Below, one piece after another: positions 60,466 to 64,000 of a DNA stretch of 64,000 bases. Source of the stretch: Planctomycetota bacterium (GTDB lineage Bacteria > Planctomycetota > B15-G4 > JADJEK01). Location of the stretch: positions 160,001 to 224,000 of the forward strand of contig JBGAIQ010000002.1 in assembly GCA_044225365.1 (NCBI GenBank). Direction: 5' to 3'. Position numbers and translations under genes: made by a program. Under the pieces are notes generated by a model. That model was not told the DNA's origin. It searched no databases and was given only the letters and a program-made list of their open reading frames with translations. How positions within the stretch are numbered: the first letter of the stretch is position 1; each line of letters starts with the position of its first letter.

Positions 60466-63381
60466 ATGCCGACGTCATCCCCACGTATCGTTGGAGCCTC
60501 CTGCTTCACGGGCATCGCTCGGGTCGCTGCGATCCTGTTCGGTTCTCTGGCTCCGGTGCTCGCCACGGAACCGGTGGTCGCGACGACTCTCGAATCGAGT
60601 CCGAAGGAATCGGCAGGCACCACTGCGCCCGCGCTGCGCGCATCGAACCACTGGGCGTTCACGGCTCCCGCGGTCCCCGCACTGCCCGTGGTCGTCCACA
60701 CGACCTGGCCGCGATCCGACCTCGATCGCTTCGTGCTCGCACGCCTCGAGGCCGAGAATTTGATCCCGAGCGACGAAGCGGACCGCGCCACGCTCCTGCG
60801 TCGTGTGACGTTCGATCTCACGGGATTGCCGCCGGCGCCCGAAGCGATCGAAGCGTTCGAACTCGACAGGCGCGACGATGCTTACGAGCGGGCCGTCGAC
60901 GGGCTCCTCGCGTCGCCGCACTTCGGCGAGCGCATGGCGTTGCCTTGGCTCGACCTCGCGCGTTACGCGGACTCGAATGGCTACGACTTCGACAACCCGC
61001 GCGAGATGTGGGCTTGGCGCGATTCCGTGATCGCCGCGTTCAATGCGAACCTGTCGTTCGATCGGTTCACGATCGAACAACTCGCGGGAGATCTGCTTCC
61101 GAACCCCACGCTCGATCAGTGCATCGCGAGCGGATTCCTGCGCAATCAGCCCCTCGCCTACGAAATGGCGGGGCAAGTTGGAGAGTACGAGCACCAATAC
61201 GTCTCCGATCGAGTGAGCACGTTCGCGACGACCTGGCTCGGCTTGACGATCGGCTGCGCGCAGTGCCACGATCACAAATTCGATCCGATCTCGCAGCGCG
61301 ACTACTATCGCCTCTACGCGATCTTCAACGACTGCGACGACGCCGGGATCCGCACCGATCTCGAGAACCCGGTTCCCTACATTCGCCTGCCTTCCAAGGA
61401 ACAGGCTACCCAGCTCGCGACGATGGAGGCGAAGATCGCGTCGATCCGGGACGCGGTGAACGCCGCCACGATCCCGTTCGAGTCGGAGTTCCGGCGATTC
61501 CTCGCGAGTGAGCGATCCCACGCGATCGGGGATGCGCCGCAACCCGACTTGCGATTCCCGCTCGATGAAGAGGTTCCTGGCGACGCCGTCCTCTCTGGAA
61601 TCGGCAAGGCGACCTGGATCCCTGGTGTCGAGATCCGCGGGAAGGCGGTTCTCCTCGATGGCAAGAACGAGTTCGTCGACTGCGGTGATCGCGGCGAATT
61701 CCATTCCGACGAGCCGTTCTCGATCGCGGCGTACGTGCGCGTCGAAGGGCGCGGCAATCGCGGCGATGCGACGATCGTCTGTCGCTCGGACGGCGGACAC
61801 GACGGGCGTGGCTATCGCCTGTCGCTCGCGCAGGGGAAGCCCGCGTTCCAGCTCGATGCGACGGCCGGCGACACGGGCATGGTCAAGATCATCGCTCGCG
61901 ACGCGCTCGACCTCGGCCGCTGGCATCACCTCGTCGCAACCTACGACGGATCGCGTCTTCGCACGGGCCTGAAGCTCTATGTCGACGGCGCGCCCGTGGA
62001 GCTCGCATCGATCCCGAAGGCATCGCCTGCTCCGAATTCGCGTCTGGTGGGAGAGATCTGCGAGCGTGGCGACCGGGTGCCGCTCCTCATCGGATGTGGG
62101 GATGGAACTCCCTACGAGGGAGCGATCGACGATGTGCGCATGTACCGTCGCGAGCTCGATTCCGCCGCCGTCGAAGCGGTCGTCCATGAACAGGCTCACG
62201 CGCTTGCGAGTCTCGACGAGCGAAACGTCGATCAGGATCTCTGGCTGAGGGAGTGGTTCGCCGTTCGGCGATCCGCGGTGATGAAGCCGCTGCGCGACGA
62301 ACTCGTCGCGTGGTCCGCGCGCCGCGACGAGGTGCTCGCGGCGACTCCCGTGACGTCGGTGAGCGAGCGTCTCGCGAGTCCTCCCGCGACGCACCTCCTC
62401 GTGCGCGGCGATTACACGAATCCCGGCGAGGTCGTCGAGGGCGGCACCCCGAGCGTGCTTCCGCAGCTCCCCAAAGGCGTGCGCGCGGACCGACTCGCTC
62501 TCGCGCATTGGCTCGTCGCGAAGGAGAATCCACTCTTCTCGCGCGTCGCGGTGAATCGCTTCTGGAAGTCGTTCTTCGGACGTGGACTCGTTTCGACGAG
62601 CGACGACTTCGGACTGCGCGGGGAGGCGCCCACGAATCGCGAACTCCTCGACTTCCTGGCCTGTGAGTTCGTCGCTTCGGGATACGACGTGAAGGCGCTC
62701 GTTCGAACGATCGTCACGTCTGCGACGTACCGTCAGTCGAGCCACGTCGATCCGCGCGTCCTCGCGCTCGATCCCGAGAATCGATGGTTGTCGCGCGCAA
62801 CCCGCCTGCGACTCGATGCCGAGTTCCTGATGGACAACGCGCTCTCGATCGGGGGGCTGCTCGATCCCACGGTCTTCGGGAAATCGGTGCCGGCCTACGA
62901 CGAAGCCGCGGCGAACGCGGCGCTGTCGGGCACGCTCCTGCGCCGGGGCCTCTACGTCGAAGTGAAGCGCTCCAAGCCGAACCTCATGTTCGCGGCGTTC
63001 GACGCGTCGACTCGCGAAGTGTGCCGTGCGGACCGCGTGCGCACGACGACTCCGCTCCAAGCACTCGCGCTCCTCAACGAACCGACGAACGTGGCCGCGA
63101 GCAAGGGCCTCGCTCGAAGGTTGCTCGCGATCGCCGGGAACGACCGATCGCGGCTCGAATACGGCATGCGTTGCTGCGTGGGTCGCGCTCCCAGCGATCG
63201 CGAGATCGCAGTCCTCGTCAACCTCCTCGCGAAGATGCGTGCCGACCGAGCACCCCGTTCCGAACCGGCCAACGACTTCCTGGGCCCGCTCGATCGCGAT
63301 TCGAGGAATGCCGAATACTCCGCATGGGCGGACGTGGCGAGTGTGCTTCTCAATCTCGACGAGACGTCGACGCGAGGCTGA
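60466..63381 (+). CDS. DUF1549/DUF1553 (PSCyt2/PSD1) protein with LamG insert
   Basis: HWAF, DRATLLRR..DLTGLPP, WLDLARYADS, CAQCHDHKFDP, WHHLVATYDG, RVAVNRFW, TPLQALALLN. Confidence 0.92.
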   Translation: MPTSSPRIVGASCFTGIARVAAILFGSLAPVLATEPVVATTLESSPKESAGTTAPALRASNHWAFTAPAVPALPVVVHTTWPRSDLDRFVLARLEAENLIPSDEADRATLLRRVTFDLTGLPPAPEAIEAFELDRRDDAYERAVDGLLASPHFGERMALPWLDLARYADSNGYDFDNPREMWAWRDSVIAAFNANLSFDRFTIEQLAGDLLPNPTLDQCIASGFLRNQPLAYEMAGQVGEYEHQYVSDRVSTFATTWLGLTIGCAQCHDHKFDPISQRDYYRLYAIFNDCDDAGIRTDLENPVPYIRLPSKEQATQLATMEAKIASIRDAVNAATIPFESEFRRFLASERSHAIGDAPQPDLRFPLDEEVPGDAVLSGIGKATWIPGVEIRGKAVLLDGKNEFVDCGDRGEFHSDEPFSIAAYVRVEGRGNRGDATIVCRSDGGHDGRGYRLSLAQGKPAFQLDATAGDTGMVKIIARDALDLGRWHHLVATYDGSRLRTGLKLYVDGAPVELASIPKASPAPNSRLVGEICERGDRVPLLIGCGDGTPYEGAIDDVRMYRRELDSAAVEAVVHEQAHALASLDERNVDQDLWLREWFAVRRSAVMKPLRDELVAWSARRDEVLAATPVTSVSERLASPPATHLLVRGDYTNPGEVVEGGTPSVLPQLPKGVRADRLALAHWLVAKENPLFSRVAVNRFWKSFFGRGLVSTSDDFGLRGEAPTNRELLDFLACEFVASGYDVKALVRTIVTSATYRQSSHVDPRVLALDPENRWLSRATRLRLDAEFLMDNALSIGGLLDPTVFGKSVPAYDEAAANAALSGTLLRRGLYVEVKRSKPNLMFAAFDASTREVCRADRVRTTTPLQALALLNEPTNVAASKGLARRLLAIAGNDRSRLEYGMRCCVGRAPSDREIAVLVNLLAKMRADRAPRSEPANDFLGPLDRDSRNAEYSAWADVASVLLNLDETSTRG

Positions 63382-64000
63382 TGATGGACCTGAACGATTC
63401 CGGAGCCCCGATGGGTGAAGCGCATTCTCGACTCGCGACGTCGCGCCGAGCGTTCTTGAAAGGTGCCGGAGGTTTCCTCGGCTCCCTTGCCCTGCAATCG
63501 CTCGCGTGCGCGAGTGCGAATCGAGGTCCGCTCCCATCGCAGTTCGCGCCGCGTGCGAAGCGGGTCATCTGGCTGTTCCAAGCGGGCGCGCCGTCCCAGC
63601 TCGAGCTCTTCGACCACAAGCCGATGCTCACGAAGCTCGACGGACAAGAGATGCCGGAGAGCCTCGTCAAGGGTCAGGCCGTCTCGCAGATCAAGGGAAG
63701 GCGTCTCGTCGTCGCGGCTTCGCGCATGCGATTCTCGAAGCACGGCGAGTGCGGGATGGAGCTCTCGGAGCTGTTGCCCCACACGGCACGGATCGTCGAC
63801 GACATCGCGCTCGTGAAGTCCCTGCACAGCGACATCATCACGCACGGCGACGCGCGCTGCCTGATGCAGACGGGGCACTCGCTCGCGGGCAGACCGTCGG
63901 TGGGTTCCTGGCTCTCGTACGGCCTGGGGTCGATGAACCAGGACCTTCCGGCGTTCGTCGTACTGACGTCGACCTCCGATCCCGCGTGCGCGGGGCCGAG
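63381..64000 (+). CDS. DUF1501-domain protein with Tat signal, partial (absent from ORF track)
   Basis: Manual translation: SRRAFLK, AKRVIWLFQAGAPSQLELFDHKP, GSWLSYGLGS.NQDLPAFVV. Confidence 0.9.
   Translation, partial: MMDLNDSGAPMGEAHSRLATSRRAFLKGAGGFLGSLALQSLACASANRGPLPSQFAPRAKRVIWLFQAGAPSQLELFDHKPMLTKLDGQEMPESLVKGQAVSQIKGRRLVVAASRMRFSKHGECGMELSELLPHTARIVDDIALVKSLHSDIITHGDARCLMQTGHSLAGRPSVGSWLSYGLGSMNQDLPAFVVLTSTSDPACAGP

Noticed and set aside
21200-63537. Long antisense or alternate-frame ORFs (e.g. 21200-23773, 35778-37736, 60475-63537)
   Set aside because: Shadow ORFs typical of high-GC DNA, lying opposite well-supported genes

Overview
High-GC bacterial chromosomal window, most likely Planctomycetota: it carries DUF1549/DUF1553 and DUF1501 genes, DUF1570-like zincins and an FG-GAP protein. 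Most genes are housekeeping or metabolic (fumC, trxB, mutY, lptFG, hflX, ndh, hemH, tRNA-Trp, bcp, cysK, hutH, hutU). Highlights: (1) a secreted thioredoxin-fold protein that the ORF track splits at an in-frame TGA lying in a U-G-P-C motif with a SECIS-like hairpin, i.e. a probable selenoprotein (4700-5620); (2) directly downstream, a tightly linked operon of a ZIP transporter, a metal permease fused to an HflK-type SPFH domain, HflC and HflK, suggesting an SPFH cage built around a metal transporter; (3) two candidate structured small RNAs sharing a CGTAAC -10-like motif; (4) a ~270-bp palindromic MITE/REP-like element in six copies plus a fragment at three loci; (5) a protein with 3x alphaCTD, sigma region 4 and winged-helix repeats, near a membrane-anchored sigma2-like protein; (6) three paralogous DUF1570-like zincins, one catalytically dead, upstream of a GT-C glycosyltransferase; (7) an exact 140-bp duplication that frameshifts an M32 peptidase and is probably an assembly artefact. 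All family assignments come from motif recognition by eye; no database searches were run.
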